A DNA stretch of 64,000 bases from the human T2T-CHM13v2.0 reference genome, Homo sapiens. The notes beneath the pieces are model-generated. The model did no database searches, was not told the origin of the DNA, and saw nothing but the letters and a program-made list of their open reading frames with translations. Where the stretch lies: NCBI RefSeq assembly GCF_009914755.1, contig NC_060948.1; one strand, 5' to 3'. This document shows positions 55,279 through 64,000 of this stretch, piece by piece. A program made the translations under genes and the position numbers. Position 1 is the stretch's first letter. Every line of letters starts with the position of its first letter.

Positions 55279-55423
55279 CAGTTTTTTTCGAATATCCATG
55301 TCACAAAGTGCTTCTGCCAGGATGGAGCAAGCCTCTTTCACTCCCCAGTGTGCAGCAGCATGGAGGGGAGTCCAGCCATCATAATCCTGAACATTGAGTT
55401 CATAGCCAGCCTGAATTAAAAGT
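55279..55423 (-). pseudogene. PPP1R12B: PPP1R12B-like exon 5 (145 nt): LLIQAGYELNVQDYDGWTPLHAAAHWGVKEACSILAEALCDMDIRKKL
   Basis: tttttag acceptor and gttagt donor. Ankyrin repeat DGWTPLHAAAHWG. Ends in phase 0. Confidence 0.93.
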
Positions 55424-56736
55424 CTAAAAAGAAAACCCAAAACAAGACATATATCTCCTGTATATTACAGTTTTCTGGCAAATACACTATTACCTAATTG
55501 ATATTTCAGATTTTGGCCCTGAACCACAGGGGTCTTATGATTACTTCTGCCCTCTAAGGCACGGTTTGGGTTTCATATTTACTATTTTGTGTACCAATCA
55601 TAGATGACCTTTACCAATCCTCTCCAAAAAGTCATAAGATATTTCCTAGGCATATCCATGTTATACCATACAAGGGGAGTATACGGAAACATATGTACCT
55701 AAGATTAAGCAAAGCATAATTCAATTAGCCAAATCACATAACTCTGTTAAAGATACATTTTCCATTTTCCAGTGCAGGGAAGAAGTAATATATAAAATGA
55801 AGATTCTCATAGGCTGTGGTCATTCTGTCTATCTGTAATAGTGTCAACAATAAAGATAAAGTTTAAAAAAATAAAATAAAATGAAGACTCAATTCTCTTC
55901 AGGGTATTTTCTCAACTAGCTTTCTGGTTGGTCTTTCTAGGACACTATATTTACCATATATCCACATATCTCCAACTTTTTGCTAACTATAAAGCTGTAA
56001 TTTAACTTGTATGCATGGAAGAGAAAAGATTTGACTCCTGAAGACCCAAACTACATTGGGGCCCTTATGGATAGCACTATCAGGCAGAAATGGAGCACCA
56101 AAACACTGCTATACCTATTAGAAACCCTGCATTGGGTGAAATATGAAATACTGGAAGAGTCCAGTTAACAACTGCACATATAATGCCTCTGGCAACCCAT
56201 GTATCTGGGAAAGCCTGTGAACATTAAGTACCAAGAGCTACAAGAAGCGTGTATGGATGTAAGGAAAAATGGAACAGACAGAGTGGTAGAGTCCAAATCC
56301 CTCATATAAGTTTGGCTATCCTGTGCCAGCTGGACACTGCATACTCAAGATCTATATAATTAATCTAATGACACAAAAGAAATTATATAAGTCAAAATGG
56401 AACAAATGATCACAAGTATTACAGGTCACAAGAAGAGGTCATTGCAGGGATATTAAGGACAAATCAGAGAACTGGAAGAAGTCCCCTCCTAGGACCATGT
56501 ACCTCAACTCTGTTTCACAACATACATGTTAGTGAGAAGCTAGAGGAATGGTAGGAGGGAGGGAGACAATCCATGGATGAATACCAGCAAAATGTGAGAA
56601 AAGACTGCACAATCAGAGAGGAAACCAACAAAAAAGGAAACACGTCATAGCGGAAAATCTAATTCAGCCTCTGCTTCCAAAACCTATTTCATCTTCTCCC
56701 AGTGAACCACTCCTGATTGATGTAAATGGACAATAC

Positions 56737-56896
56737 CTGAGGACTTCAGAGTAGCCCTTGGCAGCAGCCACATGAAGGGCTGTAGCCCCGGAGCGAGCCT
56801 GCCTCACATCCTCTATTTTCCCACTGTTGAGCCACTGGTGGGCATCCTGCAACATCTGCTGCTCTTCTTCTTTTCTTGACTGCTCCAGATCAACTC
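56737..56896 (-). pseudogene. PPP1R12B: PPP1R12B-like exon 4 (160 nt): GVDLEQSRKEEEQQMLQDAHQWLNSGKIEDVRQARSGATALHVAAAKGYSEVLR
   Basis: tag acceptor at 56897-56899 and gtattg donor at 56731-56736. Ankyrin repeat GATALHVAAAKG. Open frame; R>H versus recalled MYPT2. Confidence 0.93.
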
Positions 56897-57634
56897 CTAC
56901 AGAAACCAGACACCAGATAGCCAGGATTACTAAAGCTCCACTTAAGTTTGACAGGATATTTTCTTTAGATTAAAGCACATCATAAACATAAATACAAATA
57001 ACAGTTTAGCCATCAAATTGGGTAATTATCAAATTTAGAAGATCAATGGCATTTGTACACATATTAATGGTCTTACAGGATTAAATCATCAGGTTAAATA
57101 TTATGTGATATAGATCCATTAAGGGAATGCACCTAAAATTGTTTCCAACAGAACATAAAGATAAAGGGGACATTATTTTTACATTATAATATTTGTACAA
57201 AGCTATAAAGTCTTTTTACATGTTATATGACTTTAGTTTCCCAACAATCCTTCAAGGTAAATATAATAGATATTACAGTCTTCATTTAACAGATGAGGAA
57301 ATAAAAATAGAAAGATTAGGAATCTTGCTCAAAGGCACAAAACACATTAGTGACAGAGCTTGCCACTAGAACTCTGATATCCTGGGTCCCTCTCTGTCAT
57401 TCCTCTTCTGGGTCCCTATCCACTCACTATACCATAGGATTAGTATCCAAAATTTTGGTTTCAGGTATTGATATACTTTAAAAATTGAACTATCTCTAAA
57501 GTTCATTTCCATATACAGGTAAATACACTGACTTGAAGCTATATAATCTAGGACAGATTAGTAGGTGATCTGCAGTTTAAAAACCTGTCTGCTTTCAAGG
57601 GAATGCAGATTTTGTTTTCCTTAAAAACATTATG

Positions 57635-63955
<6,321 letters not shown>

Positions 63956-64000
63956 AAGAACATTATGAAAGAACTCCAGGAGTTCTTCCCTTTAGCCAAT

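Overview
Repeat-rich human genomic DNA; human-specific AluYa5 and AluYb8 insertions are present. The window is part of an unprocessed (segmentally duplicated) pseudogene copy of PPP1R12B/MYPT2 on the minus strand. Seven exons with intact AG/GT boundaries are recognisable: equivalents of exons 4, 5, 6, 7, 8, 13 and 14, numbered from my memory of the parent gene. The copy carries a 1-bp frameshift in exon 6, a premature TAA in exon 7, a 1-bp frameshift with stop in exon 14, many missense changes, and apparent loss of exons 9-12. Named PPP1R12B pseudogenes are on chrY, but the sequence alone does not prove the location. The rest is L1PA3/4, L1M, Alu, DNA transposons (Charlie/MER/Tigger), LTR10/ERV and MIR/L2 remnants. 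There are no prokaryotic-type systems, RNA genes or intact protein-coding genes. The most unusual structures are: (i) a 5'-complete, 3'-truncated, tail-less L1 with a perfect TSD whose endonuclease site is on the 'wrong' side; (ii) a second L1 20 kb away that begins almost exactly where the first stops; (iii) an L1 antisense promoter/ORF0 splice donor in frame with the ankyrin-repeat exons; (iv) an LTR10 joined to an inverted gag fragment; (v) a locally templated 128-bp insertion inside an Alu.
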